Assembly (NCBI GenBank): GCA_037447605.1
Contig: CM074823.1
Span: 1,524,794-1,588,793, forward strand
Direction: 5' to 3'
Origin: Zygnema circumcarinatum SAG 698-1b
Lineage: Eukaryota; Plantae; Zygnematophyceae
DNA: 64,000 nucleotides
The position numbers and the translations under genes were made by a program. The notes under the pieces were generated by a model that ran no database searches, was not told the origin of the DNA, and worked only from the letters and a program-made list of their open reading frames with translations. Positions 32,418-46,800 of this stretch are shown here, piece after piece; within the stretch, counting starts at the first letter, position 1; the number at the start of each line of letters is the position of its first letter.

Positions 32418-33609
32418 NNNNNNNNNNTTTACCTCGATGATATCCTTGTCTTCAGTAAGACAGTGGAGGAACATCTTGAACACGTTCGGAAAGTGTTTGA
32501 GACCCTGAGGAAACACCAATTTTGTGCCAAGAGAAAGAAGTGTCACTTCATGCAACGTGAGTTGCTATATCTTGGGCATATTCTCAATGATCAGGGCCTT
32601 CGGCCAGATCCTGCCAAGGTTTCTGCGGTAGAAACTTGGGCAGAACCGACTGACTTGCATCAGTTGCGATCATTCTTGGGGTTTGCAAATTATTTTCGTA
32701 AATTCATCCAAGGGTTTAGTAAGCTGGTTACTCCCTTGACAAATTTGACACGTTCCGGTGTCCCCTTTGTATGGACCCCTGAGTGCCAAGAAGCATTCGA
32801 GGGTGTCCGCCATGCACTTGTTACCGCACCTACTCTCCGTTTAGCGGATCCGTCCAAACCATATGAAGTGGTTTGTGATGCCTCGGGATTCGCCTTGGGT
32901 GCCGTCTTGTTTCAAGATGGCCAACCTTTGGCGTATGAAAATTAAGCAAAAATGAATCCGTTGGCATAACTATTACCTGCTTGAAACGAGGAAGCGCTGC
33001 GATGGTCAGCGCCCCCGGGGCATGGCAGGACTGCTATTTGGAGGGCAGCGGTCCGCGGTGTGACCACCACTGCATTGACACGTTCCTCTCGACCCAAACA
33101 TACCTGTCTAGGCTGGCGGAACGCAGCTGGTCTGAGTTCCTCCAAAGTTTGGCTTGCGGTAGATTATGCGGCGGGAAGAGGCTGAATATGCTTGACCAGT
33201 GGCGGTAACCTCGGCATCTTACTGGATAGTGCTGGCTTCGATGCGACTCGAGTGTTGGTGGAGCGAGATGGCGAGGTGAGGTGTGACGCGAGAGTCTCCG
33301 TCTCGGTATGCTGTCATAGATCCCCTTTCCGCGGTGGCGCGGTCGACCCTCACGCTTTCTCGATCTCAGACGGATGATTCGAGGGAGGGTATCTTTGGTG
33401 ATCCTTTGTTCTGGATGGCCAAGGTAATGGGTATAAGGACAAAGTGGTGTTTAGGACGGATTTTTGGTACAGCGACGGCGGTTAGTGCGTTACTTGAGCC
33501 GGGAATTTGTCGGCGGCTTCGTTACGAGGTGAGTTCACATGATCCTCGTGCAGTCGCGTGGGAGTTACTTAAAGCGGTGAGCCTTGCTTTCGAGTTACGG
33601 TGGCTGGAG

Positions 33610-36600
33610 CATTTGAGCGAGTTACGCTCCCCACTTGGCGCCACCTCGGGTGTCGCCCTCCATTAGACTTGAGTTCCGGATGAAGAGCGTTGACGAACAG
33701 GCTGCATGCTGCCCGGAAACCGCCGCCCGTAACAGCGGAATGAAGGCTGCAAGGCGAAACACGGCGGGGAATCACGATGAGAGGTGTTAGAAGGAGAAAG
33801 CTCACGGCTCTAAAACTCCTTATAATAAAAGCTGTCTTCCAGTAAGGATTACTCAGCGACTTGAGGGTCCTGCCGACGCCATTTACCTCGCGGCAGTGTA
33901 GGCTGGCAGCCTTGGCGGTACAGAATAAGGCGAGACTATGACAAAGTAGTGTGGGTGGGTTCTTCCCACTTAATAAAACTATGCCTTTATATACTATGGC
34001 GTCATTGGCGTGACACCAATGTCGCGTCGCGTCGCCGATACAAACTCCAATGCGAGTGCGAGGTAGGCACTTTCGAATAGCCATTTGAAGCGCCTGCGTA
34101 AACCTACGGCGTAGCCGACCCTGAATTCTTAATGGTACCCGTGCAGCGCAATAAAGTACGGTTTAAGCCGTTTGCGCCGGCGCTCCGCTTCCCGATCTTA
34201 AGCGCATGCGGCGCCTCGGCGTACACACTCGAACTTCATGGACCACATTCGCGAGTGGTCAGCGTGGCCATTCGGTTTCTTGTAAATATCTTATGTCGTT
34301 TCGCGTAACTGCGCTCAGCGTTTAGCGCGCATATGCATGACCAATCAAAGTTAGCGGCAGCGTCGCGTATGGCCGAATCGCGGCTTCGTAATCAAAGTTC
34401 GCGTCCGTTCTCAGCATACGTAGTAGCCGGCCTTGCGCGTCAATCAGCGCCCTTCGTTGATGCTTTCACGCCTTGGCTTCGCGTATGGCTACGCGAGTCG
34501 AGCGTAAACGTTCCTAAATCTAAAACCTTCACGCTGGCAGTCTGCATGTTCTGGCCCGGAGTACCGCAACAATTGGTGTGTGCCCGTCTGATATCCCCAG
34601 CGCTCATACTTATTACTTAGCAATCCCCACTGGGGACTCGGTTCCTACGTGGCCTAGCCCGATCGTCCTATTTGTTATTGAAGTAGTGTCTCCCCAGCTG
34701 ACCCCACCCAATTGGCGTATGCAAACTGTTTCTTTTGTTCTACAAACTTCCTGCTATCATCCACTTCTCTACCAACTCACCATAATGATATTTAATACAA
34801 TGTCTTTGGTTCTCTTATGAAACACGAGGGGTTACTCCATGAGGGCTATAGATGGTGGTTGTCAGTAAAGGAGTCGATGGTGTTTGTGGTTCAACTACAT
34901 TCATAAAGAAATGTTGGAACCCGCATCCCTCACTTTAGTGCGTAAGCGGCTCCATTATGCTCGCCCGGTCTTCGTGGCCTTGTAGAATCTTTGTAACCGA
35001 GCTCCGTGAGATCGGCGCCTCGGATTCGGGAACACAATCAGTGTCGTGGCAATGGCATCACCTCCCGTCGTCGGTGTACCGTCGCTCTACAGTTGGCCCC
35101 CACTCAAATCTGAGACCGTAATCGGGTCCCTTTGAATCTGAAAATCCGGCTTGCGGCCTCCCAATGTTGGACGGGATTCTCCGGCGAACCGGCTGAGGCT
35201 TCGCGGCTTTACTTGCGGAAGTCGGGAGAGTACTATCATCCCGGTCGTTAAGCTCCGGTGCCGATCTGTATGGCGCTCGTCGTTCTACGTACCTCGCGTC
35301 ACAATGGCCCGTCGTATCTACCGACAGTCGGCATTCCGTCTCCCGGCCGGACTCAAACGGGGCGGCACTCCTCCCGTTTTGAACACGCTTAGAAGCCCTG
35401 CTCTGCGGCGTACTTCTTCGACAAAGAAATAAGCTCGAATCACACACACACCCCTGGGATCATTTCGTTCACAGGGACCTTTGCGCTCCCCGATCCCAGA
35501 GCGTTTTGAGTTGGCTTCAGTGCTTTGAATCGTTGATTCTCTCGATGAGGAAATTTTAGCGTTATGAGATTAGATCGCGTGAATCTGACGTACATGAGAT
35601 GCTTTTCTTACTTCGCGTAGAGTGCGGAATGATCAGTCTCAGTCGGCGCCAAATCCGGATTGCTCATGGGAGATGCGTCAAGGCCTACCGTGCCAAATCA
35701 CAGGCACGTTTTAGGTCGTCACCAGTTTTCTTGTGAGGCGACGAGCGAGGATGCTCACCTTACAGGGACAACTTTCCCTTGAGGGCGTACCACTGTGAAT
35801 CTCCTCGGTAGGATCTCGCGATGCAACTTGGCGGTCTTGATATCGAGGTTGATGTGCGTCGTCCCCTCGGTACTGTACTTGATCGATATTAGAGCGAGGA
35901 GGTTGAGCTTACGCTAGCGAGTGAAGGTCTCCGTGAGTCGATTGATGCCCTTTAGTGAGCCGCCGCCACCGACCCGGCGCCTTATGCTTGGTTGGCTCCC
36001 GTCGCGCGCTGACTTCGGCGGGCGCCCGACTGCGTCCGATGGCCTCCGCTTTCCCACCGGCTGACTCCACCAGTCGCCCATTATTGCGTTCTCCGACAAG
36101 CTGTCCCATTTCATTTGTCGATTCTTTGCTTCGCCATACTCCATCGACCAGGTGATCATGACTTCCTCAGGTTTAGCGGTTGGGTGATAAGTAAAGCGAT
36201 GGGCAAGCTCATGGTCCGTGGTCATGGAAACCTTCTTTCATCTTAGGTTAGTCTGCGAGGAGCTGTAGTGATCGGGGCCTCGCTATAGCAGATTGCTCTC
36301 CCAGGAATCGCCTGCTGACTCTCCGGCTCACCGTGTTGAAGAAAATCCCGGGACAAGGGGCGTGCTTTCGGCAACGCCAACTTTCTACGGTAGTCTCCCG
36401 AATCCTCGAGACTCCACGCCCGTCTGAGTCTGATTTCGGTAGGAGTTCTCGTCAGTTGAGGTGAGTGTGTAGTAGTGCAGATGCCGTCGAAGATTTACTT
36501 GTTTCCCGCATTTGCGAACTCCTGAGTTGGCTCGCGGCGTCTCAGCGTTGGCGTTGCCATTTCGGCTCCTACATTTCACCGAGTACGTCTTTGATCTCCT

Positions 36601-39600
36601 CTGGCCCCAGGACTGAGAGCGTCCGTGCACTGTATTTGGTCTCGCGTCACAAATGCGCAATTCCAGGCTTGCGCTTTGGGGTCGCGGTCTCGCCCTAGTA
36701 GAGTCGCGCCCATACCGTCAGTAGCGTCTGCCGGTACTGCGCTTCGTTTCTTTCGAGGGTTCCTTACGACAAGATGCGGTACATCGATGTTATGGCCAGA
36801 AGGTACCGCTTCAGCGGCTCGGGGGTCAGGCTTTCTCTTACACTGCGCCTTGGCCTTTATGCGACCAGCCAGCCGAACTCAAGGTCTTGGGTGGGGCCGC
36901 GTGGGACTTCCTCAGCTCAGCGCTCTTCCGAGGAACACGATGCTAAGCCTTGAAGATGGGCACTCATTTACAGGTAAGTTCTGCGGTCATAAAACTCTCC
37001 CCAGGATTGCGGGGAAGGGGAATCTATGGCGTAGTGGTGCCGTATCCCCAGTGATCTATTGACCCTCTTGTTGTCTGACGCCCTCCGCGAGGTGGGGCTG
37101 CTGACTACTCCTCACCTTGGGTAGGCTTCGGCATCTTGATGAATTCTTCCGTCCAGCACCATGTAGCTAAATCACGAAAACAATACCGGCGGAAATATGA
37201 AAATGTAAGGGAAAAGCCGCGGCTAAAACTCCTTAAGATAAAGATGAAATACAACAGCCCGGCGCTAGAGCGAGCTTGGCGCCTGCTGAAATTTACGTGA
37301 ATAAACCGCCCAGCTTCTGAAGCTGAACACTTCCCATTTATCTCCTTGGCCTAAGCAAGATAGCCTGCGCTCCCCAATGTGAGTCACGAGAAGGTTAAGC
37401 TTACGCGAACAATCTAAGCCTTAAATACAATATGGCGCCAATAGTGACGCATTGTCGTCACGGCCGCACATGCTACGCCAACTTCGCGAGACCCTTATCC
37501 CGATCTAATCTCGCGCCGTCGGATCCTCCTAAAACTGCGCGGATCCAGCATCAATGCCGTCAGATCCGCCTCAGCCTTATCTCCATCCGAGTCCTCCACC
37601 GTAGGATCTGACTCCTCATTACTTGGCGTCATGTGGGACCCCGTAAGCCTACGAGCGCCACCGACCTAGGCCGTACAGGCCTTCAATTCAGCCCGACACG
37701 TGGCGCCTTCCGATTCGCCACTGTCCTCCAAATGAGACATTGCTGACTCCGTACCTCGTCAGTTCTGCTCCGCGCGCTGATTCGCGCCTCGTCACGTCCC
37801 GATTTGTCGCGTCGCGCCACGTCACATCTGACTCCGCCACGCCGCGCCTCGCCACCGACCAATGTCCGTACACCCATGGTCTTGGCCTTCCAAATCGTAC
37901 CACTGATTGGCTCCACCGACATTCTGATGCCTTGCCTTGCCAAATCAGACTCTGCGCGCTATTTGCACACCCCTTAAAGACTTGTACGGTCGCCTAGACG
38001 CCCCTCCGTACAGTAGCAGACCAACTATGAAGCGCACCCCTCAGCAGAACTAGTACACCAACAACTTAGTGTACAACTAGTTCTAACTACTTTACCTGCC
38101 TCCGGCCAGCTCCATTCTTTTGAGGGGGTAAGGGCCCATTATGCCTTATTAGCGAGCCTTCAAGTACCCGCCCGAACTCCCTTGACTTGGGACCCCTCAG
38201 TTGTCAGCCTTGGCGTCTTGATTTCGGCCAGCTCTACCGCTCCGTCACAGATACGCGATCTACGGCGAGCAGCTCGAAAGCTGGGTGTACTTGAAATTTT
38301 TCACCCAAATTTTTCCTCGAAAAATGCGTCGAGGAAGGTGATGAAGTAAGCGAGCTCTCCGCTGCGTTGCGGTGTCGCGGGTCGGCACAAATCGGTATAA
38401 AGACGATTCAGAGTTTCTCTTAGCGTGAAATGACTCCTCTCGGCTCCTGGGAAGATGCGTAAGCTTTCCTACACATAACTGCGAAAGCCTAGCTCCTTCT
38501 CAACTTCACGTCGGCGTCAGCTTATGGACCAGCCCCGCTGCGGCAAAGGCATTTGCGATCCCCTATGGTTTAGATGACCAAGTCTACGATGCGAAGATTT
38601 CACTGCGCCTGATTCACGGCCATCGCGCCTCATCTTCTTCTCTCTATAATGAAGGTATCTGGGCCTCCATACTCATACCCCTCAAGCGGCCCGGCTTCCA
38701 CGGAGCTCTAGGTGAGTAGCTACACAAGACTTCTCCTTAAAAGGTGACCGTGCCCCCTGCTACATCTTGACTAGGACATGAAGTTACGTTTGGTCGAGGA
38801 GGAGTATGAAATGCGTCCTGCCGTCTTATGGCCCATTTCTTACTGCTTTCTTCTTACGTAGATGATAGAGCCGTCTCCGAGGATCATCTTTACTACACCT
38901 CCTTTTGTAACTGTCACTCCTCTCCGGTTTCCGAGTGGACAGATCTGGTCCTCTCCAAGGGGTCCCACGTAGAAAACATTCGCTTTTCGCCACACATGTG
39001 CGTTGAAGCGCCAGAGTCGATCAGCCCTGGCCGCTTCAGATCCGCAACCTGGATCTTCCCAACAAATCAGAGATGTTCGGTCGGCGTAGAGATTCGTCTC
39101 CCGCAGCCACTACGCAATCACATTGCTCTTGTGGCTTCGCTTCTTGCATTTCAGCTGATTCCGCGAATCCCTTAGCGGCGGATGGCGATGCTCCTCCCGC
39201 GATCTTGGGTGTTCTTGTTCTTGTAACAGTCGGCCGAGAAGTGGCCCGTCTTGCCGCACGTGTAACACGCTCCCGCAGGGCGTTCCCCACGGTCTGCTCT
39301 CGGCGCACCTCCTCTTCGAACTTGTCGTGAGTGCAACGCCAACACCTTCTCCTCGGTGCCTCCAACGTCTTGGACAGTGTTCTCCTCCTTGATCCTCGTT
39401 TCACTTGCCTTAAAGGAATTCATCCGATTGTTCGTTAAAACGATCTAGGCTACAAGCCCCGCTACATCAAATCGGCGGGCAGTCCCTAAAACTGGCTGAT
39501 TTTATGAATCTCCACTCACTTGATTTTTCGCATTGTATAAGTCTCTCCACGTTAGAGTATCAAATCTGACCATATATTCTCGACTTCTCTTCAGGGGACA

Positions 39601-41000
39601 TCTTCATTTTCCCAAGGCTGGCGTGTAAGGGCATTATCGTTCACACGTTATCCTTTCGTCCATACATCTCCTCTAAGCATCTCCATAGCGTAATGAAGTC
39701 TTAAGGTCATATAGCGTGGAAGAGGGACTTCCCTGCGGCTCGTGGCTTGTCTGGGTGAGGGCCTTGTTGTCATGGTCTCCATCTGGCGGTGACGTATTAG
39801 AACTCAGGAAGCTAGGCTCAGCAGTGGCTCCGGTACGCAGTTGCCTTGATGGTCTTGATCAAGCATTACCCAACTGACCACGCCCACGAGCAGAGACGGC
39901 GCCATCTCCACCCCTTGTAGTCCGAACCATCGAACGCTGCGATGCTGAACTTCACGTGGTCTTCCTCGCCACCTTGGGCTCTGATACCACTTGTTGAAGC
40001 AGGGGTTTGCTCCCCACTTAGGCGCCACCTGAGATGTCGCCCTCCCGTTGGAACTTGAGTTCCCGCAGTTGAAGACATTCAGAGCACTCCAGCTACATCT
40101 TACTTCACTCATAGCCCATAACAGAATGGCTACAAGACAAATACAGTGAGAATCACAATGAGAGAGTGTTAGGAGAAAGCTCACGGCTCTAAAACTCCTT
40201 ATAATAAAGCTGTCTTCCCTGATGAAGTTCTCCCTGCTTCAAGGTCCCTCTTACTCAACACCTCGCGACCTGAGTGTGGCTGACTTTAGCGGCAGCGGCG
40301 GGGTTGAGTAGGGCCGAGAGACTATAACCCCGAGTAGTGTAGGTGGATTACTTCCCATAATAAAACTATGCACTATATAATGTGGCGTCAGGTGGCGTGA
40401 CACACATGTCGCGTCGCGTCCATCATTACAAACTCTATGCAGTGCGGTGGAGCACTTTCGGGGAATAGCTGACTTAGGCTAGGCGCTTGCCTCGTAAACC
40501 TACGGCGGCCGACCTGATTCTTAATGCGGCTCGTACACGTAAAGATGCAGGTTTTGCGTTTAGCGGCGCTCGCTCCGGATAACGCCGCGTAGGCGCCTCG
40601 GTAGGTACCTCGAACTTCAGCGGACCCACGTGCGAGTGGTCCACATGGCATTCAGGTTGTAGCCAAATATCTTACAGCATATGCGTTTCAGCGCGCAACT
40701 TTCGCTCAGCGTTTGGCGCCAGCGTCGCGGCAATCAAAGTTACTTGTAGCGTCCGTGCCTAGCGAATCAGCGGCGGCGCCTGCGACGATCAAAGTTCGCG
40801 CGTCAGTTCTCGCGCCCACATGTGGCGTCGAATCCGGCGCCTTCGTTAGGTACTCAGCGCTCTCATGGCGCCGCTGAGTGAGCGGCAAGCGTTCACAAAT
40901 CTAAGAGCACTATACTGGCGATTTCATATTACCTGGCGAGTACCACAACAAGTTAGTGTGTGCATCTGATGTCTAGCTATCATACTGCCCAACACTAACT
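33610..41000 (-). mobile_element. Ty1/Copia C3 (C2 family) inserted antisense in the G1 integrase zinc-finger region; sequence very noisy
   Basis: 5' LTR at about 39992-41000, PBS (reverse complement) at 39977-39989, gag start (..SGIRAQGGEEDHVKFSIAAFDGSDYKGW), and zinc knuckle CYTCGKTGHFSADC at about 39250. Degenerate integrase/RT remnants follow. PPT at about 34621 and 3' LTR at about 33610-34620. Boundaries are approximate. Confidence 0.75.
37069..38095 (-). mobile_element. C4-family LTR inserted within the C3 integrase
   Basis: Colinear with the LTR at 43817-44682 (AAAACTCCTTAAGATAAAGATGAAATACAAC, GTGAGTCACGAGAAGGTTAA, CCCCTTAAAGACTTGTACGGTC). It interrupts the PQ.NGA.ER motif. TSD not readable. 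Confidence 0.72.
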
Positions 41001-43816
41001 TGAGAACCGAGGGGCGTGGCGTATGTACTGCGCTTGTCAACTTGTCCAGCGGAACAAACCCGCTGGCGGATCCACACGGCGGTACTGACCCTACGCACCT
41101 CCTTTTTAGGAATGGGGCGGTGTGGGTATGGACTTGATCGCAGTCTTCTGTGACACCTGGGGGCATGACTCCATCCTGCGTCTTTGTCGTCATTTCGGCA
41201 AGATGGTCGCATTTGCACCAACTACTAAAGGCAGTGGGGAGCAAGATTGCAGGTTGTATGTTGACAAAGTGTGGAGCGACATGGTCTTGATCGAAATTGT
41301 GTCGGCCGTGACCCGGTTCACGGCCATTTTTGGGCGGAAGTGCTCAAATCGTTAGGTTGGCGGGGCGTGAGTGCGGCTTTCCACCCGCCAAACCCGATGG
41401 CAGGCAGGCGGGTGAGAGCGGGGATCGGAGGATTACCTCCGCATTATGTGGGACTTTACGGATGGGTGGGATGGCTGCTCCCGGTGGGTGAGTACGCCAT
41501 CGATAATGCTTACGGGGAATCCGGTACGCCCCTTTGGCTACGAACTTTTGAGTCGGCATCCCTAAATCCCGCAGCGAGGATGCGGCCTGATCCGTGGAAC
41601 GCATGGGTATCCACAGAACCCCGACCCGTACGGAGGCGATGGGACTCAGCCTCCATGATGAATCTTTTATGCGGCTAATATACGGCTGCGAGAGAACGCG
41701 GCGGAACCACATGGCGGCCCGATCGCGACGAAGGAAGAAAAGCGGGCAGATCACTTGCATTATGACTCACTTTGGAGGGCGATAAGGTGTTCTTTGCGTC
41801 GACCGAACTTGAGACTCAAAGCTTATGGCGGAACACGTAAGCTGTGGCCCCGCTTCATCGGACCTTTCAAGGTCGTGAAGCGAATCAATGATGTCGCTTA
41901 CAGGTTGGATTTACCATCCCACATGAAGGTGCATCCGGTCTTTCATGTGGGTTTGCTAAAGCCATACCGTAGCGATGGGAGGATCCAACCACCTCCCCAC
42001 CAGTGGAACTTGAAGGTGAACTTGAGTATGAAGTTGAAACCATTCAAGCCCACCGTCTTGTGAGAAAGGGTCGATCTTCCCGTCACGAATACCTCGTGAA
42101 GTGGTTGGGCTATGGGGTTGAACATAGCACATGGGAAGCGGGGCAACAACGATTGCGAGCTCATCCGCTATGCTGGGAGGCGCGAGGCGCGGGGAGAAGC
42201 GGCGGCTGAAGGGGTTCTTGAGCGTCCCGCGCAACTTCGGAAAGGACTTGGCCGGGATTGTAAGCTGAGCCCTCCGGTTATCACGTAGAGTTCGACGCGT
42301 GCCGTTGAAACTACGAGCTGCCTTTACTACCCCACACACGTGAACGGGGGCGTTCACATTCTCACAAGGGGGAGTAATGTAGCGAAACGCTACAGTCACC
42401 CCAAGGGGGAAGGATTACTTAAAGCCCGTCGTGGTCTTATGTTTCCATCCAATGCGTTACCCAATGGTTAGGGCATCGGATACCCTATAGGACGACGGAG
42501 GTCCTAGGTTCGAACCGTAAGAACTGGTTCACACGTGGGGGCACCACATAGTCACGGTGCGCCCCACATCACCCGCCAAGCGTCCCTCGCATAAGGGAGT
42601 GATTGGCCAGATTAACGGGTACCACGGGACCAACTGTCCCGCTATTGATTCCCGCCGCCGCCGTCCGATCCCCTTTGGACCGCTACCGCCCTGCATAGCA
42701 CGGGTTAACAAGCAGTACGATGGATCGACAATCGACCCCGCCGCACGCCAGATCCGGCCGCACCGATGACGGGCGGGCGCTGCCGCAGCGCCGCCGCTGA
42801 ATGCGGGCGCAGCGTGACGATGCAAAGTTAACTCCTCGCCACCCATTCGGGTCGAGATGGGACACGCGGCAGTTCGCCATTGGACGCCTATTTCAACTTC
42901 CTATGCCGGGTGGGGAGGTTCAATCTGAAGTATAGCGAGGGTGACCGCTGCCACCCAACCAACGAGCCGCATACGTTGCACCTCCTGCCTTAGCTGCGCC
43001 ACCCTTTGAAGCTCTCTCCCTCTCTCTCTCTCTCCCTCCCTCTTTGCTGAACTCTGAAGTGCAGAACTTAGTGCAATTCCGCGCACGGCTGAAGGGGCGA
43101 GATTTCAGTCGTGACAGTGAGGCTGCCGATCCTGTGACCCGTGTCACAGCCGCCATGGATGAAGAGCTGCAACAAGAGGGACAAGCAGATCTTCATGAGT
43201 TTTCAGATGAAGACTTGGGACTTCAAGAAGATCAGACGATCGGAAATCCAAGGACGGATTCAGACTCAGAGGAAGAAGCAGTCAGAGAAAGACTAAAGAT
43301 GGGCATCACAGAAGAGAACCCTTATCCCAGTTTGGCTTACCTTGAGCAGATCGAGTCGATTGAAGAACTGCAGCGACTCCATTTAGGCAGTGATGGCCAT
43401 AGGTTTCGCTGGCGATATGCACGCAAGATGATNNNNNNNNNNCACGTTTCAGATCTGAGGTTCCCAGCAAGATGGAAGAGATGATGACAAAACTGATAGC
43501 CATGATTCCTGAAAAGAGTGAGGTGAGAGATACCACGGGCATCATCACTAGAGGATTCACCGGAAAGCAGGAAGATGCAGAAGCCTGGCTGAGACATCTT
43601 GAGGAGAAGGCAGCGCAAGCAGACCTGAAAGAGGATCAGTGGATCAAGCTGGCCCTTGGAGCGCTGGAAGGAGAGGCAGTCAATTGGAAGCTGTCCCGAA
43701 ACTGGCACAAAGCAGATGTCGTCGGCACCCTGACAAGGGACACATTCAAGCAGGCTTTCAGACAACGCTGGATTTTAGATCCAATCACTGTGCTAGACCG
43801 ACTTCGCTACATAGAG

Positions 43817-46800
43817 TGTTGTTGCAGCGCCCTCCCTTGGTGGGGCTGCCACTTCTCCTCTAGTACTTGTAGAACTCGACATCTTCAATGAATTGCTCAA
43901 TCACACAAAGCACACTAAATGCAAGAGAACAACTCAGCGGAAATATGAAAATGTAAGGAGAAAGCCACCAGCCTAAAACTCCTTAAGATAAAGATGAAAT
44001 ACAACTTGACAACACTAGAGCCAAGCTTCAAGCACCTCCACTCAAGCTACGTGAATAAACCACCCACTACAAGCTGAACTCTTCCCACTATTCTTGGCCC
44101 TAAGCAAGATAGCCTCACTCCCCAATGTGAGTCACGAGAAGGTTAACTTCTACCATACAATCTAACCCTTAAATACAATATGGCGCCAATAGTGACATTG
44201 TCACGTCACGGCCGCACATGCTACGCCTTACAAGACCCTTATCCCGATCCTAATCTCGCGCCGTCGGATCCTCCTCAGCTTGCACGGATCCAGCACATCG
44301 ATGCCGTCAGATCCGCCTCAGCCTTATCTCCATCCGAGTCCTCCACCGTAGGATCTGACNNNNNNNNNNCCTCGTCACGTCCCGATTTGTCGCGTCGTGC
44401 CACGTCACATCTGACTCCGCCACGCCGCGCCGCGCCACCGACCAATGTCCGTACATTCGAGGTCCTGGCCTTACAAATCGTACCACTGATTGGCTCCACC
44501 GACATTCTGATGCCTTGCCTTGCCAAATCAGACTCGCGCGCACTACACGCACACCCCTTAAAGACTTGTACGGTCCCTTAGACGGTTCGCCGTACAATGT
44601 AGACATCATGAGCACACCCCTCCTTAGAACTTAGTACCAACAACTTAGTGTACAACAAGTCCTTAACTACTTTACACTAACAATCCCCCTCTTGGTACTT
44701 AGTTCTCCATGGGTCCTAGTTCCATGAGACCACTACTATTCTCTAGTGTCCCACAACCAAATGAATGCTCCCTTGTCCTAACAAGCTGCCCCCTCTTGAT
44801 CCAAAGGCCTAGGAGAGAATCTTCCCCCTCTTGATCTCCTCTTGGTTGCCTTTCACACTTGATCCTGGGCGCTTCCGCTGAACTCCTTATAGGTCCAGCA
44901 ACCGGGTATTCCTTTGTAGTTGCAACCTTGTACTCGGGCTGCTCCACTACCCTGGGTTGAAAGGACCCCTCCACTTCAACTCCATCCTTGTTTGGATGCA
45001 ACAAGCCCGTGTTTCCGGCCTCCCTGGAGCTCACTAACTCTGAGTGATCCTGGAATTCGCACACATTCTCACCACCACTAATGTCCACCCTTTTGGTGAT
45101 GGGTCTTTCAACCCCCTGCTTTGGCTATCTGAAATATGCGTTAGCGAAATAATCCCTGCTCCCTGAGCCTCAATGCTTGCTCTAGCATCCCCTTTCCTCC
45201 TCCAAGCAGGTCTGGATCTATCTTATGGTGAATGGGTTCCTCTACAGGGTCCTTGGCGGGATAGCTCAGCCCCTTGAGCCTCCTTCCACTCTAGAAAGTA
45301 AAGCCCACCTTGCTGGATTCCCTTGCACAAGACTTGCCTGTCTCCTTGTGAATGACCTCACAACTACCCTTCTCAAACCATACTCCATAGTCCTTCTCAC
45401 ACAGCTGACTAACAGAGAGGAAATTAATCTGTAGTCCGGGAGTATGCAGTACGTTACCAACATGGACAACCCTCTGCGTGCTTCCCTCCCCGAGCACCTT
45501 CAACTTGACTGTTCCGCCTTGCGTCACCGAGACTCCATCTCCAGTTGCTGAGTAGACCGAGCGGGTTCCCTCCAAAGTCTCCTTCTCTGCAAAGAGTGAG
45601 TCGTCCACGCACATGTGCCTTGAAGCACCGGAATCAATCACCCAAGGTTTAGCTGAATTTTTAACTCTAACACATCCGACAAACTCATCATTAGGTTCCC
45701 AATCCGAGAACATCAAGTTTGTCCTGAAGTAGATCCTCTGCGTTCATCTACGGGATACACGCATCACCCCTCCTCCCTTCTTGCTCGTTTAGAGCATGCG
45801 TCGAGGATGAACCGCCATTCAGGCGTTAGGGCAGTTCACTGTAGTGACGGTCTTCCCCACAAGAGTAGCAAGATCCTGCAGTGCTGACTCTCCACCATCT
45901 TGGCTGCGTTTGGTCCCTTTAGTTTCACGGCGTAGGCGGCGATTTAAACATCTGATTTCTCCCGAACTTGACACATGCTTCTTGTCTTGAAGACCATCCT
46001 CCTCTACCACTCTCCTCTTGACCTGCTCAAAGGTCATCTTAGTCGTAGAAAGCTGAGTTCGTAGAGCAGTGCAAGCAGGGTCAAATCTATCCGGCAAGCC
46101 TCCAAGGAAAAGACTAATCTTGTGATCCAAGTGAAGGGGCTGCTTCATCCCATCAAACTTTTGCATCAGATTATCAAACTTGATCACATAGTCTTTCAGC
46201 TCCTCCCCTGAATCCAAACTGAGTTTTCCTATCTCCGTGTAGAGATAAACTACAGTGGCATTATCTACCACATCATAAATCTTCTCTAGAGTATCCCACA
46301 TCTCGAAGCTGTATTTAACTCACGAAATCAGTTGTAGGTTCCTCCCTTAGCATGGCCTGGCGAGGGTCCTAATACTTGCAGTCCTTAACCTCCACTTCTC
46401 AAACTCAGTGGATTAATCTACGAATCGGGGCCACAATGGAGCCATTCACATACCCCAACAGCCGCTTGTTCTCTAGCACTGTAAGCATGCGAAACTTCCA
46501 CCGCTTGTAGTTCTTCCCATCGAAAGTTGGAATGGTAAACTTCACGTCTTCCTCGCCTTCGGCTCTGATACCACTTGTTGTTGCAGCGCCCTCCATGCGT
46601 GGGGCTGCCACTTCTCCTCTAGTACTTGTAGAACTCGACATCTTCAATGAATTGCTCAATCACACAAAACACACTCAATGCAAGAGAACAACTCAGCGGA
46701 TATGAAAATGTAAGGAGAAAGCCACCAGCCTAAAACTCCTTAAGATAAAGATGAAATACAACTTGACAACACTAGAGCCAAGCTTCAAGCACCTCTACTC

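Larger units (their letters stand above)
22685..43116 (+). mobile_element. Chromovirus (Ty3/Gypsy) G1, 20.4 kb including nested insertions
   Basis: LTRs 22685-23442 and 42378-43116 share the start TGTAGCGAAACGCTACAGTCACC, with TSD GTGAG on both sides. PBS TGGTATCAGAGCC is at 23445 and PPT AAGGGGGAG at about 42366. Gag with CFRCRKEGHKARDC lies at 23497-25015, protease (ILLDTWADANFVS) at about 25590, RT/RNase H (YLDDILVFS, LRSFLGFANYFRKFI, VCDASGFALGAVL) at 32428-33000, integrase at about 41000-41950 and a chromodomain at 42003-42200. Confidence 0.92.
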
